From positions 31,824,788-31,888,787 of the forward strand of contig NC_134025.1 of assembly GCF_964204645.1 (NCBI RefSeq): a stretch of 64,000 nt of DNA, given 5' to 3'. This DNA comes from Tubulanus polymorphus. Taxonomy: Eukaryota; Animalia; Nemertea. Shown one piece after another: positions 11,446 to 23,067 of the stretch (positions are counted from its first letter, which is position 1; each line of letters begins with the position of its first letter). The translations under genes and the position numbers were made by a program. Below the pieces are notes generated by a model that had not been told where the DNA came from, did no database searches, and saw nothing but the letters and a program-made list of their open reading frames with translations.

Positions 11446-11701
11446 TGTGTATCTCATCCTGTAACTGAGAGTAAAACAGTAATTTTTAGTTCAAAAATAA
11501 TTCAAAATATCAACAGAGACTGTGAAGAATTCTGTGGAGAAATTCATTACCAGTTTTGTACTTACCTTTAAATGAGCCTGTTTAAATAGTAAATTCTATT
11601 GCATTCATTTCTTTCTGAAAAGAAAAGAAACAATAATCAGTGACAATAGAGCAGAATGTAACATCTCAAATTATCAATCAATCAGACAGAAACAGTACAG
11701 G

Positions 11702-11899
11702 ATTTCTGTAGATTAAACTGCTGTACTTATTTCATACTGATTGAACAGTTACAGATACATGTAACATTGTGTACAGATACAGAGTACAGATCACTGCATT
11801 ACTTCATCCTGTGATTGAACAGTGATTTAATGTTCTCTCATCTTCATTAGATTCCCATCCGTCTAACTAAAACATCAGAACATATTAACTCATCTAACC
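11702..11899 (+). repeat. Left arm of ~197-bp inverted repeat (unit 2)
   Basis: Reverse complement of 15343-15540; equivalent pairs 23325-23522/27329-27526 and 40790-40979/44733-44930. Confidence 0.92.
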
Positions 11900-12255
11900 T
11901 CCCGACCTGACCCTCCCAGGCCCCATCCCTCCCACCCTCCCAGACCCCATCCCTCCCGCCCTCCCAGACCCCTTCCCTCCCGCCCTCCCGGACCCCTTAA
12001 AACCCTTCCCTCCTGCCCTCCCCGACCCCTTCCCTCCCACCCTCCCATACCCCTTCCCTTCCGGACCCCTTCCCTCCCGGACCCCTTCCCTCCCTCCCTC
12101 CCGGACCCCTCAATGCCCTCCCACCTGGCCCTCCCTCAATGCCCTCCCACCTGGCCCACCCTCAATGCCCTCCCTCAATGCCCTCCCACCTAGCCCTCCC
12201 TCAATGCCTCCCACCTAGCCCTCCCTCAATGCCCTCCCATCATGCCTCCTCAACT
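11900..12255. repeat. C-rich minisatellites (~22 bp cccttccctcccgccct and ~26 bp ccctcaatgccctcccacct)
   Basis: Direct reading; equivalents at 23521-23975 and 40980-41310. Confidence 0.9.
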
Positions 12256-12729
12256 CTCTTGTCTCCTCTTCACACACCACTCATCTGTACAATAACTACA
12301 AAACGATTTGCCATTTTTCACGATCATATCAATTTCATTTATAAACCAAAATCCTTAATCAATTGCATCATTGATGGGACTCACAGATACTTTCTCTACA
12401 CATTTTGGAGGCATTCAGATGACCTCAAATGATCATATGCCTGGGTTGGTCTTGAAAATCACATGGCTTCATTTTTACAGATGATTTCTTTATCAATTTC
12501 ATCAAATTATTCCTATTATTTCTACTCCCTCTAATAAGTATTCACAATATATCTCAGTTTCACGACAAGTTGCAGCAGTCGTCTGTAAATAGATTTCATT
12601 TCATCAAATGATGCGAGTTTGAGTTGTAGAGGTTTCATCTACAAAACATCAAACCAAACCGGAGGAACCTAATGTTGTAAGGTAGGGGGAGGTTCACCCG
12701 AACCGAGGAAATAAACCCGAACCAAACCT

Positions 12730-12845
12730 CCACACTCACAAAATGTCGTGAGAAAGGCAAACACAAACCAAGGACAAGAATGATGGCTGAGATCAAAACA
12801 ATTAATGCTATTTATGTTGCTTCACCAATTCAACATGACGTCACT
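12730..12845 (-). promoter_or_regulatory. Putative promoter and first exon: full CRE TGACGTCA and CCAAT next to a GTGAGT donor
   Basis: tgacgtca 12836-12843, ccaat ~12825, actcac ~12733-12738; conserved in units 3 and 4. Confidence 0.35.
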
Positions 12846-13329
12846 AAATGAAACCATTGTGGACTATTTCAATACTCTCTACTAGAGGTTTCATATAAGC
12901 AAGTAGTTTATGGAATCCAATTCATAAAAGTTATTAATCAATGTTTTTAAACTGCTGATGCAAAATATATACGTCATTAAATAATCTGTTTGATTGTCTT
13001 TTCAAGTTAACACTTTAACCCAGTGGAACAAATCAAACTCCAGCCATTTTTCCTTCATTTGCCATTTTTCGTTTTTACTCTTTTCTCTGACTTGAGTCGA
13101 GGTAGGAATAGACCCCTGCCCACTCGCTAAGCGTGCAGGACACTAAACCTTCGAATTGCTCTCGGACCCCACTCTTTATATCAGCATTTCATGCTGTTTT
13201 ATTTTATTCACGTGTTTACATTTTTTCATATGGCTTTTCCTTATTTGTCCTCTCATTAAATTTCTCATCAGTTCCGACTGGGATCAAGTTTAATCTTTTA
13301 GAGACAAACAGCAAAAGGTTGTGTTAGTT

Positions 13330-13332
<3 letters not shown>

Positions 13333-13361
<29 letters not shown>

Positions 13362-13376
13362 TGCAGCAGCAGCAAC
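13333..13376 (+). repeat. (CAG)n microsatellite
   Basis: Direct reading; shorter at ~25077 and ~42414. Confidence 0.9.
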
Positions 13377-13489
13377 ACTGATACAGATGAATCTTTCATT
13401 AACTACGTCATTTGTTCCATTCTCAAATATTGAGTCATGAAGGCAACAGAAATAACTTTAAAAAACGTTAAATCTTTCATTTATGGCCT

Positions 13490-13745
13490 TGGTTTAGTGA
13501 CCTAAGCGTCAAAGTTTGGTTCATAGCTCAGGTTTGGTGACCAAAGAGTCAAAGTTTGGTTCATAGCCCTGTTTTGGTGACCAAAGAGTCAAAGTTTGGT
13601 CTATGGTTCTGATTTGGTGACCTAAGCGTCAAAGTTTGGTTCATAGCTCAGGTTTGGTGACCAAAGAGTCAAAGTTTGGTTCATAGCCCTGTTTTGGCGA
13701 CCAAAGAGTCAAAGTTTGGTCTATGGTTCTGATTTGGTGACCACG
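13490..13745. repeat. 40-bp minisatellite (tttggtgaccaaagagtcaaagtttggttcatagccctgt), ~6.5 copies
   Basis: Head-to-tail with no unique spacers. Confidence 0.95.
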
Positions 13746-14398
13746 GAGGGTAAATATAGCTCATGGCCCTCGTTGAAGGTAAGTCAGTTTTATGGCTCTG
13801 GTTAGATTAGCAAATAACATGAGAAATTGAGCGTTGCATATGTTGAATAGGGGAATTGGACTAAACACTCATCACTAGAATAAAGTGAAGAATTATGTTC
13901 ACACTGAATGGGCTCAAAATCTTGGACTAATTGATAAAATCCGAAATAATTCTGACTAATTTGAGTCTACCGGAAAATGATGCATTGATCGAAGTCTAAA
14001 AGCTATAAACTGACAAATTGATCGAGCGCTGATAATATTTTAAATAACAGCGGAGGATGAAATGACTTTCATAAACTGATATGATCGTGAAAAATGGCAA
14101 AATACACTAGATACACCTCCCCCACGCTTTATCAGAGTCTCATTGTAGTAGGAAGATTGCCGTAGCCTAACTGTAAAAACTACAACTACATCTGGTTGAA
14201 TATCATTTGTTTTTACGCCTTTTAAATTCAGTAAAATATTTCCTGATAGAAGTATTATTAGTTCGCAGCCCCTTAAATTCTGTCTAGAATAGAATTATAA
14301 GTCACAGGTAGAAATAGAATATTATCCTATTCTAAAATGAATATAATAATAGAACAATAGTCTCTCCGTGTCAATCTTCGTCCCACCTAAGAATTGTA

Positions 14399-15161
14399 CA
14401 GTTTATTTCAGAAAATATGTCCCATCTTTTTGAAAAGGATAACTAATTATTAAGGATATCTATGAATAGTGATATACTGTGCCATGAAGGCAAATGAAGA
14501 AGTGTGTCCATAAAAGTGATTACAAAACATATCACTTATTCTAATGAGTTCTATACTCTTCTTCCAAAAATGAAGAGTAGGTCTCTGTCTAAGAATCTGC
14601 AGAAAAAAGAGGAAGCAGCGATGAATGTGAACTGCATCTCGACTCTCGTCAATAATTTTCTAAGTCGTCCTATACAGTTCTCAGTATTTACAGCCGTTTC
14701 TAAAATAGCACAGAAGAAAATACATCTTTCAGCTGGAAATGTATCAGTAAACCGCCAGATATCAACAGTAATTATTACGTATGATTGTTGTTTCATTGAA
14801 TTATTAATGAAACCGTGTTTTGATCAGAGCCAAGGAGCAGTTTGTGATCATTCAAAAAATATCTCTCATTCCTGACAACATTAAATAATGGCCCTCAAAA
14901 TTGAAACGTCCCAATTCAAAAATCTGGGGCAATTATCTCATAACGATTGAGAGAAGTGACGGTGAAATAACGTGCGCACTCACCGGGGATCAAACCCGGG
15001 TCTCATAGAAATAACAACCAGTAAAATAGAACGAGTCCAATTGGCCGATGCTTATACAGCTTACTGTAACATGACATGTTGCGGCCACATGACGTGTTTC
15101 ATAATGATTAATCCTTTCTTAGAATAATAAAAAGATGGGACACATTTTCTGAAATATCCTG
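14399..15161. mobile_element. Non-autonomous Tc1/mariner-like element, ~760 bp
   Basis: TA|cagtttatttcagaaaatatgtcccatctttt ... aaaagatgggacacattttctgaaatatcctg ~32-bp TIRs; copies 26216-26988 and 43692-44457; right TSD reads aa rather than ta. Confidence 0.6.
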
Positions 15162-15342
15162 AATTTCGAAACTAAAACTACGACTAAACCACCTGTACCT
15201 GTACCTAAAACCCCACCCTATATCCCTCCCTCCAAAGTCCTACCACCACCCCTACATCCCTCCCGCCCTCCCTCACCCCTTCCCTCCCGCCCTCCCTCAC
15301 CCCTTACCTGCCCCAAACCTACCCACCCTCCCTAAACCCTGT

Positions 15343-15540
15343 GGTTAGGTGAGATGAATGTTCTGATGTTTTAGTTAGACGGATGGGAATCTAATGAAGA
15401 TGAGAGAACATTAAATCACTGTTCAATCACAGGATGAAGTAATGCAGTGATCTGTACTCTGTATCTGTACACAATGTTACATGTATCTGTAACCGTACAA
15501 TCAGTATGAAATAAGTACAGCAGTTTAATCTATAGAAATT
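15343..15540 (-). repeat. Right arm of ~197-bp inverted repeat (unit 2)
   Basis: Reverse complement of 11702-11899. Confidence 0.92.
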
Positions 15541-15877
15541 CTAACTCTTAAGATACACATGATCTGATTATCACGAAGGAACATGATTGATAACAGTTGT
15601 ATTATTGACATCAGGAACCAGTTTCATATTGATTAAAAATAACATTTGAGTTGACCACAATTTAGAAAACCTGTAAACCCGCTTATAGAAATAACAATCC
15701 CAATCACGAACTGATTATAGTCAAATATTCACCAAAAGAAATTTGAAATGATTGAATAAATGCAACAGGTTTCTGAGATTTCATTTCAAAACATGGTTTA
15801 TAACAAACAATATAAAATTGGTCCCTTAAAATCAATTCAACAACCGATAAATAAAGAAGATTATCTTGATTAACTTA

Positions 15878-17030
15878 TCTTGAATTTCCACATAGGCTAT
15901 AGTGATTCCTGATGTCATGCTGAATCCAGGAGTGATTCCCGATGTCCTGTGCTAAATCAAAAAAGTCTGGTTGTGAAACACTGATTCCTTGTTGTCCTGT
16001 GCAGAATGTAAGAGTGATTCTTGTTTTGAAGTGATACCTATAATAGACAAATCTAAGATTGTTTTCTTTCCTTAGAAATAACTGCAGAAATATCAAATCT
16101 AAAATTCAAACTTACAAATTAGATTGTTCGCTCAAATCTGCAGTTCGTTTATTCAAGGGGTTTTTCTATCCACAGTTTAGGTTTTGCATCTAGAGTTCAA
16201 CATGAAATATAAACAAGAAAGTAATGAAAAAACATGAACAGTTTAAATATTATCTGTTTCTGAAACCAATGAAGATCATCATCAATATCACAGACGAATG
16301 GAGGCAGGTAGAGGCATCAATCCTCCCGCGGCAGGGACTCGAACCTGATGGCATCCAGATTGCCACGGTACGAAACCCTGCCACACTAGACCGAGTGCGC
16401 AGCAGCTACACGCGCAGCTTAGATGATGTCACTAATAGCCAATCAGATATTAAGTTTCATTTTGGCCCAGGTTTTACCATTTATAGTTCTTCAAGTTTTT
16501 GTGCGGCAAAGCTGCATGTACCTGCGCACCCGGTCTAGTGTGGCAGGGGTTCATAACGTGGCTGAGTGTAGCGAGCGATGTCATCAGGTTGGAATCCCTC
16601 CCATGGGAGGATATTGGTGTCCGACACGTTTGGACTGCTGTGGTGATTAATATCGGTTTAGCGACAGATGAAATAAACTTACACTGTTTTCACTGTTTGA
16701 TGTAATCAGTCGATGGAATCATTTTAGAACAAATTCATCACAAAACAGCGAGGTGAAGCCCATCGTGGTCTAGATATATCAGGATGGAATGACGTCATGC
16801 TTGACTGAGCGCCACCAGTCCAAGTGCACCGTTTGTAGGATGTACCTCTGAAATAATTTGATTTCCCACAATATCTGAGATGGAATATTTTTCGCCATTT
16901 AAACCAATGTTACAAACACTTACCAAATATTGAAATACTGATTTCAGGGGTCGGGAAGGAGGGTGGCAATGTTTAGGTGAGGTTTTTGCTAAATTTCGTG
17001 TTATGGTAAAGCACGCCATTTTGATACTGC
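15878..17030 (-). ncRNA. Putative spliced transcript starting at a caaaATGGCG (YY1-like) site
   Basis: gccattttg ~17015-17023, GTAAGT donors at ~16923, ~16682 and ~16115, tttcag acceptor ~16848; frames not conserved between units. Confidence 0.35.
16313..16621. mobile_element. Palindromic element with outward-facing B-box-containing arms
   Basis: ~100-bp inverted arms; left gggactcgaacc, right tggctgagtg...ggttggaatccc; copies 28406-28763 and 45726-46083. Confidence 0.7.
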
Positions 17031-17672
17031 GTCATAGTGTACCTCAGATTGGGATTCCCGCCGCTAGACTGGTCATCGCCACCTGCATTCGCAAGTAGAA
17101 ATGGCAACCAGTCTATTGCAGTTCTCGGCTTCTTTTCGATTATATTGGATTTTTATATTCTACGCATCAAAGAATTTATTCTAATGAAACCCACGCTCTT
17201 GGATCAAAGGCCCGTGGATTACTACTTTAGTTCACAGAAATTCCGCTATCGTTATTCATAGGGGCAGCACTGAACGGTTGTTATCTGATGCAGTCTTGCT
17301 ATTTTACTGTGGCATGTGAGGAATACAGATTTTTCTTAAGTCAAATTTCATTCATCACTCAACACTAGTTTATTAGAAATTAATAACTCAACCAACATTA
17401 GAGCTTTATATAAGGAGAGTAAATAGTATGATAGAATCTCCCTAATTCCGATCATTGGGACCAACAAAATTCATCCGTTTTACGGCAAATCCGGATTAAA
17501 AGTCATTTTCGTGTGATTAAATTGACTGTAAATATTATCCGGATTAGACCAAAATTCGGATTAAGCCGATGCGGATTAAACGATTTAGTTTGACTGTATT
17601 AGCCAATAGAATCAGTCTTCGCCCATCGAACTGGCCCCAGGGCACTAAAATTACCAAGAAACAAACACTGAC

Positions 17673-17885
17673 GAGTGTTGGCCTGTTTAATAAACGCAGA
17701 AACCCTAGTGTTGGCATGTTTAATAAACGTAGTAACCCTAGTGTTGGCCTGTTCAATAAACGCAGTAACCCTAGTGTTGGCCTGGTGAATAAACGCAGTA
17801 ACCCTAGTGTTGGCCTGGTTAATAAACGCAGAAACCCTAGTGTTGGCCTGTTTAATAAACGTAGTAACCCTAGTGTTGGCCTGTT
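17673..17885. repeat. 33-bp minisatellite (aataaacgcagtaaccctagtgttggcctgttt), ~6.5 copies, expanded only in unit 3
   Basis: Only ~1.5 copies in the other units. Confidence 0.95.
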
Positions 17886-17928
17886 ACCACACTGACTAAC
17901 CATATTCACAAACCATGCCAGCCATCAG

Positions 17929-18055
17929 AACTCGGCGGTCTAGTGGTTAGCGTGCTCGGCTGGCATGCTGGAGGGCGCAGGTTCGAGTCCTGCTAGGGTT
18001 AGGGTTACGGTCGATCTAGGGTTAGGGTTAGTGCCTCAGGTCGGGGCTAATTTTT
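17929..18055 (+). mobile_element. tRNA-like head + TTAGGG copy 3
   Basis: A/B boxes, two TTAGGG tracts, T5. Confidence 0.7.
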
Positions 18056-18342
18056 GGCCCAGCGAGGTATTTGTAGTACGATGATCATCTGTTTGACTCG
18101 GGTTATTTTTTGGTCAATAGATTCTATACTAACTTATATATTTTGAACACAAATATTTTTTGCTTTATCCTTAGAAGCGACTTTATTTAAAAGATACTTC
18201 GCTCGATACAGTAGTTTATTTCTGAATGAATGAAAGAGTTGGTGACATTATTCAATATATATAAAAACCATTATATCTATTTTACGGTTGGTATGCAACA
18301 ATTTCCACTCTTTTCCATATAGGTGTCGCTTTGGATAAATGT

Positions 18343-18681
18343 CTATATCTCTTGACCCAATGGACCGATTACGATTAAACTTGTTACACAGGAACTTTTA
18401 TCAAGTAGCACTCGGGGTGGGTGAAATCGCTCTAGGTTGAAGTTACACTGTCCTAAAATGGCTCCAAACAACGTGAAATTGGTAGTTAGGCCTACTACGA
18501 GTACGGGTAGAACACAGTTTAAAATCGTATCGTTGTAGGTTATCGTAAAGAAGATGAATCCGTAGGCACCTAATACGACGATTAACAGTACAAATATCGA
18601 TATAGACACGGTTTTAGTCGAGACATTGATCGCCGGGTTTAAACATTCCTGGATATGACCATGTTTCACAATTAAATTCAT
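18343..18681 (-). CDS. Hypothetical 2-TM ORF copy 3
   Basis: ORF track. Confidence 0.3.
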   Translation of the reverse strand: MNLIVKHGHIQECLNPAINVSTKTVSISIFVLLIVVLGAYGFIFFTITYNDTILNCVLPVLVVGLTTNFTLFGAILGQCNFNLERFHPPRVLLDKSSCVTSLIVIGPLGQEI

Positions 18682-21600
18682 CTTCTAAATGAGGACGACC
18701 ATCGAACACGTGTCTAATCGCATCATAATGGGTACGGGTGTCCCGCGTTCGAACCCAGTAATTACTGATACTGGTTCAGAGAGGTCCTGATGATGATTAG
18801 ATGATGTACAGGGGTGTCCCGGGTTCGAACTCAGTAGTGGTCCAAGTTGTCCCGATGCTGAATAGAGGATAAACAGCAGTGTCCCGACCGTACGGTGCTG
18901 CCGCTATGCTCATCGTTAGCGGGATTTCGGTACACTAACTGAAGTCAACTCTGGCAATGGTCGTGCTGTCCAGTTATACTCCGTAACCCTTGCTTGCCAG
19001 AGTTGACTAACGTTAGTGTATAAAAATCCCGCTACCGATGAGCATAGGGGCAGCACCGTACGGTAAAATGTTGATGTCTTAACAAAAGTAATTACTGATA
19101 ACTGATTCAGAGAGGTCCTGATGCTGAATATAGGATGTACAGGGGTATCCTGGGTTCGAACCCAGTAATCACGGATACTGATTTTGAGTGGTCCTGATGC
19201 TAATTAGATGATGTACAGCGGTGTCCCGGGTCCAACCCAGTAGTGGTCCCACTGTTGTCCTGATGCTGAATAGAGGATGTACAGGGGTGTATATTCTAGG
19301 TTTTTCTCGAGAAATGATTAAATAACGCACAAATAACTAACAGCAACATTATCTATATTTATTCCTCATTGTCATGTAACGCACCTGCCTTTTTAAGAAT
19401 AGTAGTTGGTCAATCGAATTGAAACCCTCGCATACCAGGGTAAAAAAGAATAAATGAATCCCTCGAGTGGACACCAGGGGTCGCAGTTTCACAAAAAACG
19501 ATGCATTTTTTAATCTGGATCGAATCTCACAAAATTGACAAAACAGATGAACTCTTCTTTTCTGTTAATCTTTGATGATAATAAATCCGTATATGTGAAG
19601 CCGTACCCTCGGTAGGATTTGGTTTGCGAGGGTTTCAATCAGATTTAGATGCTGCAGTTTCGCACATTGAATGGCGTGTATTTAAAACCGTCGAATCCAG
19701 TTTCACAGAGAAAGTATGAATCAATTTCAACTTGGATTTATCTTTTCTTCAAAATAAAATGTTTGAACGCAATTGGTTTGTGAAACTGTACCCTAGGCTC
19801 AGTTTCTTCAAAAATATTCATTCATTGAGGTGGTAAACTCGAATTGAGTTGAGTCGAATTGAGTAAAAGTTTTTTGAGTAAATTATTTCTATGAAACTGA
19901 ACCCGTGGGATTTACGTGTGACGCACTGAGTGTGTGTGAAACTGCTGACGTCTGTAATCACAACTAAAACAACACAGAAAATTCATCTTTATTTCAAATA
20001 AAACAGAACAACAGTTCACACGAAATATTATAGTCACATCATAAAGAAAACCTGTCGATATTTCAACTTTATGGTTTCATTGATTGAGTGACTTGTCAAA
20101 ACATGTCCATATTACATCATTATACAATATGTGTATCATACAATTGTTTTACAAAACCAGAGATTTAATCTTCAATTTCAATTTTCACTAAAACTTTAAC
20201 ACTGACTACATAGCAATTTAATAGAAGTAAAAGAGACAACATTTTGGAGTCTCTGTAGAGACCATCATCAAGTCTGAAGAATAACTAAAACAGGGAAAAA
20301 CAAGTTAATTAGGAAAGTAAAGCGAGTGTTCAGTGCTAAGGTTGAGAGGTTTTGTTATTTTGTTCGTATAGGTTGTTCTAGTTATTTCTTCATTATAGTT
20401 TTATTATTTTGATTCTGATTCTTGATAAATGAATTTTGCCTTTTAAATTTGCATATAACAGGGTTTAAATCATATATTCTATGCCCGAGTCAGGCTATTA
20501 TTCTATTAGCAAAAATGACACCACAGCTTTGAGAGATCAGGGGATCAGGGGATGACTCTATTGTTTTTATGGATATGTGAACCTTCACAAACAGAACAAC
20601 AGTAGGCTGCCCGTGCCGGTCGGCACATATGAACAACATTCATTTGGCTTTAAACTTAAAAATTGCAGATCTGAAATAAGTGGCAGCATATCAATCTCCA
20701 GGTAGATGGTTGGTCCCTGTCCCTGTCAAATGGCAAATTGGTCCCGATCCCCACTTCGTCCTAGAATAGAGAAAACTTGCGTCAGCAAACATTACATTGA
20801 AAATGTTCGATTGAATTAACAGTCAAGTGGGAATTGTTGTTTTCATGAAATATTTCGGAAACTAGAATTTATCATTACCTTATAATTCTAGATAATTCAA
20901 CACCATTATTCAATCTTTGGTCAATTTTCAAACTGTTCAATTGGACAAATTTCATGCTGCAAAAAATCATCATACTATGAAAAAGTAACGTATTTATAGC
21001 AGTCTGAAATTGGGGCTAAATTCTATTAGAAAATCAATCATTTTCAAACTTGTGTTTAGCAGAATTAAGCAGCATCAGCTGCAGCAGCATCAGCCTGCAC
21101 TTCTTTCCGGAGAATCACACATAAAAATTCTCTACAGAATAATTAAATGTTAGAATATTATGAAATTAGAGCACAGTGGAGTGATGAAAGACTCACCATT
21201 TCTAAACTCATATCAGATAAATTCAGTGCCATCTAGCAGGATTTCACTTCCAACAGTCATAATGTCATGAAGTTAAGAGAACTGATGATTTTCTGAGAAA
21301 ATAGATTCTTAAAACGATAGCAGCAGCTTCAGCAACTAGAGCTTCTTTACTCTTTGAAGGTGAATATTTTTAATTTCTCCAGTTCCAAAAAGTGTTGGGC
21401 GTATTGCATTCTGGAAAGAGAAAATTATGCCAGAAAATGGTTAATGAAATAGATAGAAACTGCAACTTGTTTGTGTTCGATTGACAGAAAACCTACCAGG
21501 TTAATGAGTAGTTAATCACAATGTGTCGAGTATATGCAGATTTCTGAGAGGTTTGATGGTAGCTTTAGACTGCGTCCTCAAGTAAAACGTTGATACCTGT

Positions 21601-22187
21601 CGACATTGACCGATCAAAACATCATTTTCTGGACTTGATTTGAAGATCACCACAAATTACTGCAATAAATCGATATAAAACTCACCGCTTCTGACTTGAT
21701 TGATTTGTGGAGCGCAATGCAAGTTCAGTTTTATTTTGGACCCTAGAATACAAAAGTTGTATAATTTTGATGATTCGAACTTTGACCAGAATAGAAGTGA
21801 TTGAAAATTCGCCTTCACTGATTAATGTAGCTTCTAATCAGGAAATGAGTTTATAAATGTACAGTCAAACAGAGACTAGAATCTGTAGAGATATTTACCG
21901 GTACTGTATTGGTTTTGAGGATCTAAAGCGATGTCCATCTTAAACAAATGTGAAGTGAATTCCCAATGTTTACTGTTCACAGATTCTATCAAGGGTTCCA
22001 GTTATTTCAGCTCCTAAATACAAATTTTAGAAATTGTCAGTTAAGTTGTTATGAAATAAGAGCAGTTTCACAAAAAAATCAAACTAAGCCGTGATCTTTG
22101 AGTGATTGAATGCTGGAAACATAAACAGATAGAATAATTTATATAGAACAGTTCTCTAAAAATAATGAATTTCCAAACAGGTTTTAC

Positions 22188-23067
22188 CTGCTACTGCTGC
22201 TGTTGCAGCTGCTGGTGGCGCTGTGGCTGCATGGTGCTGGTACTGCGGATACTGCCAGTGCTGCTGTTGCAGCTGCTGTTGCTGCATGGTGCTGGTACTG
22301 CAGGTACTGCCAGTGCTGCTGTTGCAGCTGCTGGTGGCGCTGTTGCTGCATGGTGCTAGTACTGCAGGTACTGCCAGTGCTGCTGTTGCAGCTGCTGGTG
22401 GCGCTGTTGCTGCATGGTGCTAGTACTGCAGGTACTGCCAGTGCTGCTGTTGCTTCTGCTGGTGGCGCTGTTGCTGCATGGTGCTAGTACTGCAGGTACT
22501 GCCAGTGCTGCTGTTGCAGCTGCTGGTGGCGCTGTTGCTGAATGGTGCTAGTACTGCGGGTACTGCCAGTGCTGCTGTTGCAGCTGCTGGTGGCGCTGTT
22601 GCTGCATGGTGCTAGTACTGCAGGTACTGCCAGTGCTGCTGTTGCAGCTGCTGGTGGCGCTGTTGCTGTATGGTGCTGGTACTGCAGGTACTGCCAGTGC
22701 TGCTGTTGCTGCTGCTGGTGGCGCTGTTGCTGCATGGTGCTGGTACTGCCAGTGCTGCTGTTGCAGCTGCTGGTGGCGCTGTTGCTGTATGGTGCTGGTA
22801 CTGCGGGTACTGCCAGTGCTGCTGTTGCTTCTGCTGGTGGCGCTGTTGCAGCTGCTGGTGCTGCTGTTGCAGCTGCTGGTGGCGCTGTTGCTGTATGGTG
22901 CTGGTACTGCAGGTACTGCCAGTGCTGCTGTTGCTGCTGCTGGTGGCGCTGTTGCTGCATGGTGCTGGTACTGCCAGTGCTGCTGTTGCAGCTGCTGGTG
23001 GCGCTGTTGCTGCATGGTGCTGGTACTGCAGGTACTGCCAGTGCTGCTGTTGCTGCTGCTGCTGCGG
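22188..23067. repeat. 64-bp minisatellite, ~14 units including 55-bp variants
   Basis: Direct reading. Confidence 0.95.

Larger units (their letters stand above)
6618..17631. repeat. Macrosatellite unit 2 (11014 bp)
   Basis: Anchor-to-anchor; colinear with units 3 and 4. Confidence 0.95.

Noticed and set aside
13490-13745. CRISPR-like look of the 40-bp, 37-bp and 33-bp arrays
   Set aside because: Head-to-tail units with no unique spacers, no cas genes, eukaryotic context
14504-14875. Conserved 123-aa host gene
   Set aside because: GTG start, lies inside a TIR element, C-terminus frameshifted in unit 3; persistence is explained by recent duplication
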